A stretch of DNA of 64,000 nt from contig CM052818.1 of the NCBI GenBank assembly GCA_028534125.1, positions 40,240,001-40,304,000 on the forward strand, read 5' to 3'. The position numbers and the translations under genes are program-made. The notes beneath the pieces are model-generated. The model ran no database searches. It saw nothing but the letters and a program-made list of their open reading frames with translations, and was not told where the DNA came from. The number at the start of each line of letters is the position of its first letter. The stretch's first letter is position 1. Source of the stretch: Lama glama (lineage: Eukaryota). Positions 38,716-52,536 of this stretch are shown one piece after another.

Positions 38716-40085
38716 CAAAAATGTTAAAACCTAGCAGGGTCTACAAGTGTTAATCGAATGCAAAAGTTCAAGAATATTGAGTACTGAAGAGAAAAAGTGG
38801 GGAAATTGAAGCTCTTAGAGAAAAAAAAAAAGATGGCTTATTATTCCTGGAAAATAATCTACCATTATTCTTATTTCTAGTCTTTCTAATCTGTTCATTA
38901 AATATTTTATCTCATTAAAATATTTGTATATATTCAAAGAAATAATATACTGTTGCAGATATAAATATAGATTTTTAGAGCCAAGAGAGGGCTTTATTAT
39001 AATCACAAGATTTCAGCAATGAATAGAGGAAAACAGCCAGAGTTAAACACGAATCCTCAGTGGAAATAACGCAGCTTCAGTGTCATGCTTTGACCTTGGA
39101 AGAGTGTTGACCCTGGAATTTAGATCCACAGACAACATTTCAGATATGTTTATAAGAGAAGAAAACAGTAGGTATTTGGCAACCTTAGACATTCATCAGT
39201 AGGACTGAAATTACAAATTAGCCAACAACAAAATATTATTTTCCAAGCACATTGGACACAAGAGAAAATAAATCGAAGATAGCTTGTCAGACATCATCTT
39301 AGGCTGGCTCTGAAACTCACACATGGGATCATTAATTCATGTGTTTGAGGAGCGAGAAAACTTAGAGGTTCTTAGGAAAGATGTTTTTCTTAGCCCAGAG
39401 CCCTTCCTAAATGTCACAGTTCTTTGGCATCCTTCTGGAGACTGTATATCTTGGGGACTTTGAGAACTACTCCCCCAAAACTCACACTTGCTGGGGAAAT
39501 GGCAATTTAAGGCTCGATGCTGATGGGCTTTAAATCAAAGGATTCCTGCTCAGTAGTTCAGAAAGGAATGGTGGTGCCGCTGGGATTTGTCTTGTGGCCT
39601 TAAGACCCAGCTCTTGCCAGTGGGGCTGGCTTGCAGGTGAAACAGTTCTAAGCTGCCTGGGGGGCCCACACCAAAGCCAGAGCACTAGAATAATAACAAA
39701 TCGCTCTTATCTGATTACCTGCTGCACAACCCAATGTACATATGATTAGTAGCCATTCAGAAAATGGATCATTTTCAAGTTCCCTGGAACTCTAAGAGAG
39801 TTTACCCTCAGTAGTCACCATTCCCAAAGACAGACAAAATCAAAATTTCTATGGAAATCAACACTCATTTAGGTATACAGATGACACCCCCCCAAAATTG
39901 GAAAACGTGGATGACTAGTGATCTATGACTTGAGAGTATCCTCCCTGATGGTTCATTTTTAGAAGCAATTGACATATAGATAAATCAGCGTGAACCTGCC
40001 CAAATCACTCATTTATAGTCTGACTTTGCATAACCCCTGATCATCACTATTAGATTATCATTACTTTATATTTGTGTATATAGAC

Positions 40086-40536
40086 TAATGTGGGTGGAAT
40101 TGTGTTTCCTGAAACAATGTGCTAAAATCCTAACCCCTAGTACCTCATAATGTGAACTTATTTGGAAACAGAGTCTTCAAGGAGGTAATCAAGTTACAAT
40201 AGGGGCATACTTTATTAGGGTGCGCCCTAAATGATTTACAATGACTGGTGTCCCTAAAATAAGGGCATCTGAAGATACAGGAACTCAGATGTACACAGAG
40301 GAAAGATGGCCTTGCAAAGACAGAAGCAAAATTTGATGCTGCCAAAAACTAAGAAATTCCAAGGATGACCAGGAACCTTCAGAAGCTAGGAGATAACCTT
40401 AGAATGTTCAGAAGCCAGCCTTGCCAACACCTGGGTTTAAGACTTTCAGCATTTAGAACTATAGGAATAAATTCCTATTGTCTTAAGCTACCCAATTTGT
40501 GCCACTTCGTCACAGCATCTCTAGGGAACTAATGTA
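40086..40536 (+). mobile_element. MLT1B/C-like MaLR solo LTR with 5-bp TSD
   Basis: 'cctaacccctagtacctcataatgtgaacttatttggaaacagagtctt...aataaattcctattgtcttaagctacc'. TAGAC is duplicated at 40081-40085 and 40537-40541. Confidence 0.9.
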
Positions 40537-40639
40537 TAGACTAGGAAGCACCCTGACACTGAACATATGATATGACTTATTACAGCAAACTCCTGGGATA
40601 AACAGAATCACAGATCTCATCATCATCATGGCCATGCCC

Positions 40640-41060
40640 TCATTTCTGTAGAATGTATGTTAGGCATTCAGCTCTGCATATTCCTAAACTAATCCTTATC
40701 ACAACCAAATGAGAAAAGTATTATCAGGTCCATTTTATAGAAATTGAAACTGAGGCCTAGAAAACTTCAGTAATGTGGCCAAGTTCAAAACCCTAGTAAG
40801 TTGCAGAGCCAGAATTCAAACATGCTTTTTGTCTAAATCAGAACCATCAGCTCTTAAACATTATTTTAGAACACTCCATTACACCAACTCAAAAGTAAGA
40901 AGAAAATTTAGCACATTAGCACATTATTTTGTCAGCCTCCTCATTCTATAGATGAAGAAATGAAAACTTCTGTACAGTAGATAAATTTTACTTAGAAACA
41001 CACAACTTACTCCATGATGCTAACATAGGTCTTTGGTCCCTTGTTCCACTACATCATGCC
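40640..41060 (-). mobile_element. Two MIR SINE fragments
   Basis: 'ccattttatagaaattgaaactgaggcctagaaaacttcagtaatgtggccaag' and 'ctcattctatagatgaagaaatgaa'. Confidence 0.75.
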
Positions 41061-41764
41061 AAGGACACTCTTTCTTCCTACACCATTAACACTCTTCAGT
41101 TCATTCTATTCTATTTAATGCATACTACATTTATTGGAGGATTAGGGCAAGTGTAAAGAGGCACCAATATAGGAATCCTCGGCCCATGCTTCTCAGACAG
41201 AGTCACACAGGGCATACAGCGATTAATTCTGGGAAGTCTCCACTGGTCAGTTAGCTTCCTTGAGCCAGCAGTTCTTTCCTTGCTTTCTGTTGCTACCTGT
41301 GCTTCTAAGATATACCCATGGCTGAATCGAGACAACAGTCCCCACTGCTTGTCAGAGGACTCACAAACAAACTAGGGAGAGTCAATGCACGGACCAAACC
41401 TACATCACAGCTTTAACACCACAAGAGTGAGGCGTTCTTGGCCCATCAAATGTTCTTGGTGTGACCTAACAGGATTGGCCATCTTCTTCTGTGGCATACT
41501 TCCTGTCAAGGAGATGTGTTAAGACAACTTGAAGACCAAGATGGTCCACGTTGCTGAGCTGCCATAGTGTTCTTCTTGCTCGGCACACGCCCAGAACTCC
41601 CCTCGGGAGACACAGTAAGGCACACGTGCCACATGCTACGGAGACTAGTGATGTAAAGCTTTGACAACTATAGAGAAACAATTTTTCTTTCCTATAGCAC
41701 ATTCAGTATTTCAATAATTTTTAAAATCGTTGTCAACTCTGAATTATAATGAATAAGTAAAAAT

Positions 41765-41925
41765 ATAGCTGTGTAGCCCTGGACAAGCTGCTCATCTCTC
41801 TAAACATCAGTTTGCTCATTTGTAAAATGCGGATAGTAATCAGCTCAGAGGGTTATTATGAGGATTAATTAAGATAACCCATGCAAAGGATTTAGCAGTG
41901 TACCTAATATACAAATATATTTTGT
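41765..41925 (+). mobile_element. MIR SINE
   Basis: 'tcagtttgctcatttgtaaaatgcggatagtaat...gagggttattatgaggattaa'. Confidence 0.85.
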
Positions 41926-42519
41926 TTTATTTACATAAATATGAAAGAAGATGATGATGATTATACTAAGTGAATCTGATAAATCAAACAAAGCTTTATA
42001 TGAAAAAATATTCATTGCAGTGTTATATATGACAAAATGGGAGAAATGGGAAGCAATTTAATGGCCCAAAGTAGGGAATCAGTTAAAAATCTTTTGTACC
42101 AGAACCTATGTATTTTGGCTTGAGACATAAGATTAAAAGAAGCATTGCTCTTGCACTTGAAAAATCTGAGTCTGGTTGAGAAGATGAACATATAAATAAA
42201 CAAATTCAAAACAGGAGACTCGATCCAGGGATGGAGGTATACACAGGATGCTATGGGAGCCCATAAGAGTGACATTCAAAGCCTGAGGATGAAGGGATGA
42301 CTTAAGAAGGGAACAGGTTATGCCTCTGTTGAAGGCAGAGTCAGTACCCTAGGGCCCAGTCCACTCCTTGTAATAGTCTATAATTCTTGCTGAATGAAAT
42401 TGTTAAAGTATATTGAGTGATCCAGAGTTATATTTTTTGTTGGTTGTTGTTCTAAATCAAGAACATTTACAGTTTTAAAATCTGGACAGTAACTTCCTCC
42501 ACATTTAAGTAATAATTTC

Positions 42520-42906
42520 AGAGATTATCATACTAAGTGAAGTCTGTCAGTCAGAGACAAATATCATATGATATCACTTATATGTAAAACCTAAAAAAAA
42601 AAGACACAAACAAACTTAGGTACAAAACAGAAAGAGACTTGCAGACATAGAAGACAAACTTACGGTTACTGGGGGTGGAGGGGGGGGAGGGTGGGATAAA
42701 TAGGAGTTTGGGATTGGCAGATACAGACTACTGCGTACAGAATAGATAAACAACAGAGTCCTACTGTATAGCAGAGGGAACTATACCCATTAGCTTGTAA
42801 TAACCTATAATGAAAAAGAATATGTATATAAATACATAGGTATAGTTGAATCACTATGCTGTGCACCAGAAACTAATACAACATTGTAAATCAACTGCAC
42901 TTCTAT
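42520..42906 (+). mobile_element. Cetartiodactyl-type L1 3' end
   Basis: 'gagattatcatactaagtgaagt...agacaaatatcatatgatatcacttatatg...actgtatagcagagggaactata...acattgtaaatcaactgcacttc'. It is homologous to 61750-62193. Confidence 0.9.
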
Positions 42907-42944
42907 TTTGTAAATGGGGGGAAGAAAGAATAAAGAAATTACCC

Positions 42945-43161
42945 AGCCCATAAGAACTAACAACTCCATCCCCTGGGGCTGCCTTTCTTCTTTGCCCTCC
43001 TGAGAGGGCCCACGTTCTGTCTATGGCATGTATATTTATCTTCTGGAGCTACTCTCATTTTTCTGAGAGGATCCCATTCTCTAGGGCAATCCTCCTTCTG
43101 AGACGGACCGCATTCTGTCTGTGGGGTGTGTATCTCCCTGAATAAATCTACTTTCACTTTA
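42945..43161 (+). mobile_element. ERV LTR fragment (U3/R-like) ending just after its poly(A) signal
   Basis: Internally repeated unit 'ctgagagggcccacgttctgtctatgg' / 'ctgagacggaccgcattctgtctgtgg', then 'AATAAAtctactttcacttt'. Confidence 0.6.
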
Positions 43162-45789
43162 AACAATAAATATTTATAAAATCAAATAAATACCCAAAAT
43201 TTCCTGATTAATCTCACAAAAATATCTAATATGATGTGTTTCCATATACTCGCCACAAAAAAGAAATACATTTACATTACACCTAAAGAATATAAAAACT
43301 AGAGAATTCTCCTAGCTACAATCTCTAGCATAGCTAAGAAAAACAAAAACTAAGAACTAAATACGTTCAAATGAATGAATCCCATTTTTCAGTTTTGTGC
43401 CACATTTTGTGCTTACGATATCAAAATATAAAAAGGATATCACATTAATAGCAATCTGTAGGATTAGGAGCATTTACATAACGCAATAATCAAGTAGATT
43501 TATTGTAAATTTTACTAAGATTCTGTTTGGGTTTGATGCCAAGAAAGTTTCCTTCTCTTACTCAATATAGATAGTTTAACTTCAGTAAATGTACTAAAAC
43601 TGATAGCATCCCCTCTTAAGATATAAGCTAGCACTATGTCTGTAGAATTGATAAGGAAATTATTTTTTCTAAAACAAAGCCAAAGGAAAAAGATAAAAAG
43701 GAAATGCCACACTTTATTCTTTATGTTTTCAGATGACAATTAAAGCACATGGGATTAATTGTCTACCATTTCAGCGACCTCATGTTTTAAAAAAACAAAG
43801 CTATCTTAGGAATTCCCCACTCCAAAACTGAGATTATGGTCTCAATTTAAAGTGTAAAAATCTGTGTTTAAACCACACAAACTTTCTCAAGGCGCTATTA
43901 TAAACCAGCAGCACGCTTAAAAGCAGAGACAGAAAACTGATTGCTAAATATTTCATCAGTCTCTGAGTCTTTGCTTTGATGTTATAAACTGATACTGGGA
44001 AGAGGAGAATACAACTCCTTTTTCTTAATTTTCTTTCACTTTGGGTATTAATGGACTTAGTAAGTCAAACAGGCAAAGACACACACACACACACAGGAAA
44101 ATAAACTCTGATATACGAACCCACCCACTACTCCAGAATGACAAATGTAATAGTTTCCAGGGTTCTACCATTCTCTCCCTACACTACATCAGACTGTTTG
44201 TCCCCAGGATGGACAACCAGGAAGCTAGTACGAAAATGTCAACTTAGTAAAAAGTTGTATTTGTGTAATGGGCCAAATTCCAGCATCTAAAGGTCCCAGG
44301 AGACAGCATCACCTAGTACACTGGTACCCAAAGGACAAACTTCGTGATAATCTGTATTTAATTTCGAGGATCGACCTCTTTGTTCGTTGAAATGTAAAAA
44401 CCCCTATTTCACAAAACTTTACCCCCAGACAAAACCAGAAGCTTAATAATCTGGATGTATTTTAAACAGAATATTATGAAAGCTAACAAACACTGAAGAA
44501 TCCTTCATTTCCCAAGGCCAAGATTCCCTTTTATTTCATCTTGAACATTTTGGTTTATTGTTCTCCCTTATTTATTGTTATTGCTATTTTCTTCTGCTCT
44601 AAAGAGATATATTTTTTTTCCTTCCCTCCAATCTTGTAATTATTAGTGGCCCACTATGTCCCATCCCATGCATGGACTGGTCACCACAGACAGAAATATA
44701 TATATAAGCCAAAGTCCACTTCTTCAAGGAACTCAGTTTAGTCAAGAAGACAGACGAGCAAACAGGCATTTGTAATTCATGTTTTACGTATTAGCCTCTA
44801 ATTATCGCTGCCCAAAGCAAAGGCCCAGAATTCAAACTTCTCCCTTCTTTGGCTTCTGCCTTACTGATTCAATTAGCTTAAAAATTTGCTGAAACACTTA
44901 GCTCCTTCTCCACATTTTTGCAAGCATAATGGAATAATCTAGGCCTCACTCTATAAAAGGTTGTATAAGATCTGGTTTACTCTTGAGCAAAGTAAGGCCT
45001 AGCCACCCAGCAGGAATGCTTTCGAGATTGAATCATGTTTTTATTCTCTCAATGCACCATTTAAGAGCTACTGTGGTTTTCTGAAGTTCCATTTGTGGGG
45101 CATTAAACATATGGGCATTCTTTTTTATACCACATTATGCTATATTATACTACTGGATTCCAAAGTTTTTACTTTTTCTTCCCTAAAATAAAAAGCATGT
45201 AGGATTTAAAATAAAATATTCACAGTACTCTCTGTTTTAATGCTCTACTCTTTTCAAGATGAAACAAAATCACCTCACAAGTGTACAGAAAGCAGCCAAC
45301 ATTCCACAGAAACGTTTACTGTAAATACCTGATTTGGGGAAAGAATTCCTAATATAGCTGTTTGATTTCATAACTACAGGGTCCTACTTCCTCTACACAG
45401 ATTTTCAAAACTTAAATAAACCTAGCATTCCTATCAGCTGTTTGTTTACAAAAATATTTGACATTTTTCTCCTTGGCAGGATTGAAGACTTACATTAGAA
45501 TCACATTTGTAGGAAAGAAACGGTGTGAGATGCTTGTCATTTCATATCCAATTTGAATAATATCCACATTTTAATCCAAAAATCTAGATGAAATATGAAA
45601 CTTCACCCACTCATTCTTCATGTTTTAAAAACTACAACCAAAATGTCTTTGTCGAACAACAACGAGAAAAGTCATTCCACAGACAGAGTCTATATGTACT
45701 TCCACCTCCACACCTTTGCTCAGGGCATATTTTGCTGGAAAAATTTTTCCCTTTTCCATATCCATCTATCAAAATCCACACTTCCTCTA

Positions 45790-45791
<2 letters not shown>

Positions 45792-45826
<35 letters not shown>

Positions 45827-45881
45827 AATATGTATATATATATATGTATATATATATAAAGTACACACACACACACACACA
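45792..45881. repeat. Compound microsatellite (GT)15-(TA)-rich-(AC)9
   Basis: Read directly from the sequence. Confidence 0.95.
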
Positions 45882-46251
45882 TATGTATAGCTTCTTCCGT
45901 ATGGCTTCCCAATCTCTAAATCTAATATCTATGTTTTGTTCCTACAGTATTTTTCTTCATGCTCCTATGACACATTTGATGTAACTTTGTTTTGTTTTTG
46001 GTGGTAACAATTCCCACAGGGGAATTTCCCAACCAAACCATGTAGGGGTGAATTTCATTCATCTTTCTAATCTTTCAGTGTACAGCATGTGGTACATTTT
46101 CAAAAAAAGACTTGCTGAGTTTAACCTAGTTAACGTACACACTAGAATTACAGAAGTCTGAGTACTGTTAATTGCTGATGCTAATCTTAGCATTTCCAGT
46201 GCAGGAGCAATTCTACTTCATCCTTCTCCTCCTCTTCTTCCCGTTCCATCC

Positions 46252-46305
46252 TTATTATTATTGTTATTGTAGTTATTACTATTATTGCTATTATTATTAT
46301 TATCA
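46252..46305. repeat. Imperfect (TAT)n repeat
   Basis: Read directly from the sequence. Confidence 0.8.
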
Positions 46306-49300
46306 TCTTAATCAAGAGCTCAGAAATATATTGCCTGTAAAACTTGTCAACATGTGTAGGACAGACTTGGCTGCTGTATAATGTCTACAGGTCTTGGCTC
46401 CATTTGGTACAGCATGAGATAGCATCTCCTCTCTTAAATCAACCAAGACTCTGAGCTGCAGAGAAAACCTCTGGCCATGCTTCTTTCTGCCATGGCATAG
46501 ATAAATTATCCCTGACCATTAGGCATAAAATGAAGTACCCTTAAAAAACGCAGGAAGCTGTAAATTACCCTGGAAATGTTTTAATCTCTCACTATCAGTT
46601 CTTCCTTGGATCACAATCAAAGTGTATCCTATTTAAAGAAGCCCTTATGGGTTTCTTCTCCAGCAGAATGCCTTGCTTCAAATGAATGTCTGGGATAAGC
46701 AAAAAGACATTTAATGTTTTACCATAACATTTCAAGAGGATATATTTTATTTTCTCAATTAAATTGTGAGCCCCCTTGAATTTGTATTCTGTTTCTGAGT
46801 AAAAAAACCTGGAGAAACAATGGTCATTTCACATACCAAAGCTTTATCACAAAATATTATTGCATAAAATTGTCCAAACATCTCTGCTAATACAGCTGTT
46901 CAAACATCTGGGTGACTCCATTACAAAAAAATCTCTCTCCCTATTAGCCTCCCCTAGGGGTATGTTCTACTCCAAGGTCTTTGTGACAAGTGATGACAGT
47001 AGACACACCAGTTGTCCATGTCTGGTTTTAGGGTCCCATCACTGCAATCAACCAAAGGTTGCTGGAATAGAATCCTGTTTGGGGAGTATCACTTACAAGA
47101 ATAAACAAAATTTATTTATCCACAAACAAAGCAAAATACTCAGAAAAAATTCATTACTAACCATGTTAGCTTTGAAATACATTCACGTACATGTGTATAT
47201 TTATATACATTTATACATATATGTATCATCTATATATTTTGCACATACCCACTTCCTAACCATCAAACTGTCAACAGTTTCCTAATTCCTTGCAACCTAT
47301 ATGTGAACTCTATTGTAAAATGAATGATCACATTTATATTTGGTTTCATAAACTGTTCATAAAATATTTTTAGTGTCCTATAAAGTACTTGGCTTATAAA
47401 AAAGAAGAAACATAAGTTATACATCTCACAAAAATTCAGATTTCAAAATATTGCAAGCATACATATTTCCACATCAGAAATGGCCCTGAAACATTCTGAA
47501 GAAAGCACAGAGGGAAGGTTCTAGGTCTACATAGGTCTGTGTCCCCAGTAATCAGTCCAGTACTTGGCACACAGTTGGTGCTCAGTAAATACCTGTAAGC
47601 TAAATAAAGCAAAAATGAACTCTCTGAATCAGTGTGGTCTAATGAAAAGGACAAATTAGGCGACCTAGATCTGACACCCAACTTCAGCATCTCCTGGATA
47701 CACAACGCGGGCATCCACCATCTAAGACTCTGAACCCAACCTCCTGTCATGACACAACAATGATCCTCAAGGTGTGGTTATGAGAACTCAATGAGGAAAC
47801 ATGCAGAAGTCTTCTTACAACAATAATTCTACCATTTATTGAGTGTCAACTATATGCAAAGCTATCTTTATCATTTAACCTTTAACTCTATATAACATTT
47901 TTCCAGCAGGTACTAGTATCACTGTATTCCAGAAAGTATTATATACTCAGGTCTTCTTCTATGCCTGTTGGTTTCAAGTTTTTACTTTAATAGGAGGAGG
48001 TGGCTCTTCCCTTGACCATACTTTAGCCACTCAGTCAGAGACTAGCACCTGGACAGAAAGTAGATAAACCTGTTTTCAAATTCAAATCAAAATATGTGTG
48101 AAAGTGCTCTGGAATTATATATAAGCACATCCAGTGGAAGACACAACTATTAACATGATTTCACATCTGGTTCAGACGAATCACACCTTCCTGATTCTGA
48201 AGCCCCTTGGGTGATATTTAGGTTTCACTTACAGCATGTTGCAAAGCATGGCAGGACACTGAAGTGGTGGTAAGAAGCCCAAGTAATTTGAAATCACTCC
48301 TTCCTACAGCCCTGGGAATAAAAGAGAAAAGGAAACTCAAAACGTAAAGATCGTGCCAGAAATTCCATTTTGGAAGGAGGATACTGTCTTCAAAGCAGCC
48401 AGTGCCTCCCACTTCTCTGTTTTGATATACAGCCCATCGCCAACTTTGTTTAAACTATTTCTCATCATATACAACCACCTCAGGATCAGATCCCAAGTAC
48501 TTCTGGGGAAATGCCACATCTCCTAGGGCAAGTGAGAAAAGGACAGCTCAATTTTATGGCAGCCTGAGCAAAAATGTCATCTAAAGGAGGCTGGAGGAAA
48601 AAGACAGAGAAGTAAAACATTATAAATGAACATTCCTTCTTCCTCAGTGTCTTAGAGGGAGAAGAAAAGAATCTGGGGCCAGATAAGGGACCCAAGCCAG
48701 AGATACTGTAGCATTTTACAGTCTGAGGTCACCAGGAGGGGGACAAGGGGAGGCCAGGATGGAGGAGTAGAGCAAGTGATAGGCCAAGAAGTGTGGGGGA
48801 AATGTGTGGAGTTAGTCCTTGGAGGCTGTGGGGTGAGAACAGGGAAAGAGAAATGGGGAGGGAGGCAGCCAGTGAAGGTGTTTGGGGCTGCTTGAGAATA
48901 TCAGATTTCTCTCTGAGAACAATGGGTCCACATGTACAGTGACAGACTCTAAATCAAGAAGAAACTAGAAATACTAGGATAGCCCAGAGGGAGATTACTA
49001 CCAAGAGTCTTCTCTCTCCAGGCAAGATAGGTTAGTTATGTCAGATTGTTCCATCCCTGGAATGAAATACATTTGTAAATGTGGGAGACATAAAGCAAAA
49101 ATATATACAGTAATTCTAAATTTGGGAATTGATTGAAGAGTAAAGAAATGCAACTTTTAAGACATGAGAGTGGTGGGGTGAGGGGAGATGACATGAGTGG
49201 TTGTGAAATTACAACTGAAGAGTTGTACCATTTATTCAGGAGTTGGTGAAAATTCCCAGAAGGGAACATATGGTGGAGTTGGCTGTGATGCACCAGGACT

Positions 49301-49829
49301 ATATTCACCAACCTCTGTGAGTGCAAGAGGAATTTGGAAAATTCCAGGAGAAAGCATAATGAGGCTACAAACTGGGACCAGGGGACTCCATCAGATTCAC
49401 ATCTTTCACTAAACATTCAAGGCATTGGAAAGCTTTTGAATCTGTTTTTCTCATCTAGTTGAGAAATCTGAATTGTAGCATGACAGTTCTCCCGCTATTA
49501 GGTTGAGAAGAATAAATATTTCTTTCTTCTCTTCAGCTCCTAGGAATCAAGAAGTCTCTCTGGTACTTTCAGCAACAAATTCTAGGCGATCTTGGGTTTT
49601 TACTTTCTAACTTTTCATATCTTTAAACTGGATGGTCTCCTAGACAATCCAAAGAGAGGTCCATATCTCTTTTCACTTCATGTGCCCTGATCACAAATCT
49701 TTAAGCCACAAGCATAGACAGGAATGCAGAACTGGAACAGCAAGTTTGTATTCTAGTATCTTCGAAAAGGTCCATACCCGAGTTCTAGAGATGGCTGGTT
49801 TCCTGAGGACCATAATAATAACTGTAATA

Positions 49830-50030
49830 AAAATAATGATAAAGCTAGCATTTATTGTGTGCAAGACATTGTGCAAATAGGTTGCCTCACATTTCATCCT
49901 CACAACAATCCTATGAGGTAGGTAGGTAGGTATATTTATTACCCACATTTTGCAAATAAGAGAACTGAAACACAGAGAGAGTAATTTGCTCAAGCACACA
50001 TACCAAGATTTGTACTCAAGCAGATTGTGC
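49830..50030 (-). mobile_element. MIR SINE
   Basis: 'catttcatcctcacaacaatcctatgaggtaggt...cacattttgcaaataagagaactgaaacacagagagagtaatttgctcaag'. Confidence 0.85.
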
Positions 50031-52086
50031 AAGAACCAATGACATCAACCCCTAGGGAATAACTTGCTGATCTCCAAATGCAAAAGAACACCCTCAGTAC
50101 TACACAGGGAAAAAACTCTCCCTGATTCCACAGGTATTTTCCTCAGCACTCACACAGTATTATATATCACCCCACATTAATCAAGAGCATATTGCTACAA
50201 TTATTTGTTTAAATATCAGTTTATCTGCCGAGGCTGTAAACCACTTAGGAGTAATGACAATATTTTACTATATTTTTAATCAGCATTCTCAAAGACTAGC
50301 ATAGGGCTGGAAACATCACAGATACTCTATACATTTTATTAAAGGAATGGGTAAGTTAAAGTCAAACACGATTCATTACATCAGGTCTTAAAACTAGCAG
50401 ATCTATGGTGATACAAATCTTAAGTTGTTGCCTCTGGTAAATAGAATCATAGTCATGTTTCCATATGTGCCGAATTTGCTCCATACATTATGTTGGTTTA
50501 GGTTCATACATGGCTGTTGTGTGTAACAGTAGTGCTCCTTTTTATGGGCTCAGTGGTATTCCACTGTGTGAAGGGCCCACATTTGTTTATCCATTCACCT
50601 GTTGGTGGACACTTAGGATGCTTCCAGTTTGAGGATCCCATGATTAAGATTGCTATAAAGCTTTTTGTACATGCCTTGTGTGGTGATACATTTTCATTTC
50701 TCTTGATTAAATACCAAAAAAAGGAACATTGATTCATAGGATAAATACGTGTTTAGGTTTATAAGAAATTGCCTGTTTCAGTGGTAGGGTCAATTCATAA
50801 TCCCACCAACAATGTATGAGAGTTCTGAGTCTTCACATTCATATCAACATTTGATGTTTTCAGGCTTTGAGTGCATCTTCTTTTTTCAAATGTTTGTTCC
50901 CTTTTTTTTATTGGGCTATCTTTTAATTATTTGTAAGAATTCTTTCTATATTTTGGATACAAGTTCTGTGTCAAATATATGTGCTACAAATATGTTCTTC
51001 CAGTTTGTCCTTGTCTGTTTGTTTTGTTATATCTTTTTTATGCACAGAAAACTTTAATTTTGATGAAATGCAACTTATTGTCATTTTCTTTGTGTTTCAA
51101 GCTTTTTATGTCCTAAAAATTGTTGGCTACCCTAAGGTTGCATAGGTATCCTCTTATGCTTTAATTGGGAAGCTGTACATCTCTAAATTTTCCTGTATAA
51201 TTATGATTTGTCTCAAGTTTTTGTCATGCTACAGTGTGAGAAAAGGGTTGAGCTACATTTTTTTCCATATGGATATTCAGTTTTCCCAGGACCACTTGTT
51301 GAAATACTTAGCTCTCCCTCCTTGGATTAACTTGTCAAAATCAATCAATTATTTATGTATGTGTGTATTTCTGTTTTGTTTACTCTGTTTTATTGATGTA
51401 TTTACTGCACTTATGGTGATATCACACACTTTCTTGATGACTATAGCTTCATAGTGCAATCAGGTAGGGTAAGTCCTTCAACTTTCCATTCCGTTTCTTC
51501 TCTCTTTCTTCCCTCCTTCTCTTCCTCCCTCCTTCTCTTTTCTTTCTCTTTCTCTTTTTGTTGTTTTCGGGATTTTCTAGACATCTTATGTTATTGACTA
51601 TAATTTATTACTTTTGGGTCCAGAAACATATTCTGTATGAATCCGGTTCCTTGAAATGTACTGGAATTTGTTTTATGACCCTGCAGATGGTGAACGTTTC
51701 ATGTGAACTTTAGAATAATATGTTTTATAAGTTGGTCACAGAATTCTATAAATGCCAACTATGGTCAAGTTGGTCACTAAAATTGTTCAAATCCTCCACA
51801 TTCTGATTTTTACTTCATTTTGTGGTGACAATATCTGAGAGAGGATCTTCAAAATCTCCAATTCTAATAAGTTGGGTCAACTTTCATGTATTTTAAAGCT
51901 CTATTATTAAGCCATACTCCTTTACAACTGCATCACCTTCCTGATGCATTAATCCTTTAATCATACAGAGAGAATAAAATTTCTCTTTAACTCTAACACT
52001 CCACTCTTGGGGCCATTTTCTTATGATTAGTACAGTTTCACCAGCTATCTTTATTGTTTGCATGTTCCTATTCCTTTCAACTTATC

Positions 52087-52449
52087 TGCTCTAGATTGAA
52101 TCCTTGTGTATTCCCAGAATTCACATGTTAAATTCTAACACCCAATGTGATGATATTGGGAGGTGGGGCTTTTCAGAGGTAGTTAGGTCATAAAGATGAA
52201 GCTATCAAGAGTAGAATTAGCACCCTTATGAAAGAGGTCTCAGAGAGATCCCTTGATCATTCTGCTATGTGAAGACACAGTGAAAAGAAATACCATTTAG
52301 GAACCAGAAAGTTAGCTCTTGCAAGGCAATGAATCCATCACTGCCTTGATCTTGGACTTCCCAACCTCCAGAACTGTGAGAAATAAAGTTCTGTTGTTAA
52401 TAAGCCACTTTGTGGTATTTTGTTATAGTAGCCCAAATAGACTAAGAAA
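52087..52449 (+). mobile_element. MLT1A-like MaLR solo LTR
   Basis: 'cccaatgtgatgatattgggaggtggggcttt...gccttgatcttggacttcccaacctccagaactgtgagaaataaa...tagactaaga'. Confidence 0.9.
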
Positions 52450-52489
52450 GCATCTATGTCTTTATATTTAAAGTGAACACAGTTGGCTC

Positions 52490-52492
<3 letters not shown>

Positions 52493-52534
<42 letters not shown>
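52493..52534. repeat. (TG)21 microsatellite
   Basis: Read directly from the sequence. Confidence 0.95.

Positions 52535-52536
<2 letters not shown>

Noticed and set aside
41540..41650. CpG-retaining patch with a CACGTG E-box as a promoter or exon
   Set aside because: Too short for a CpG island, no open frame of note, and a single 6-mer is expected by chance.
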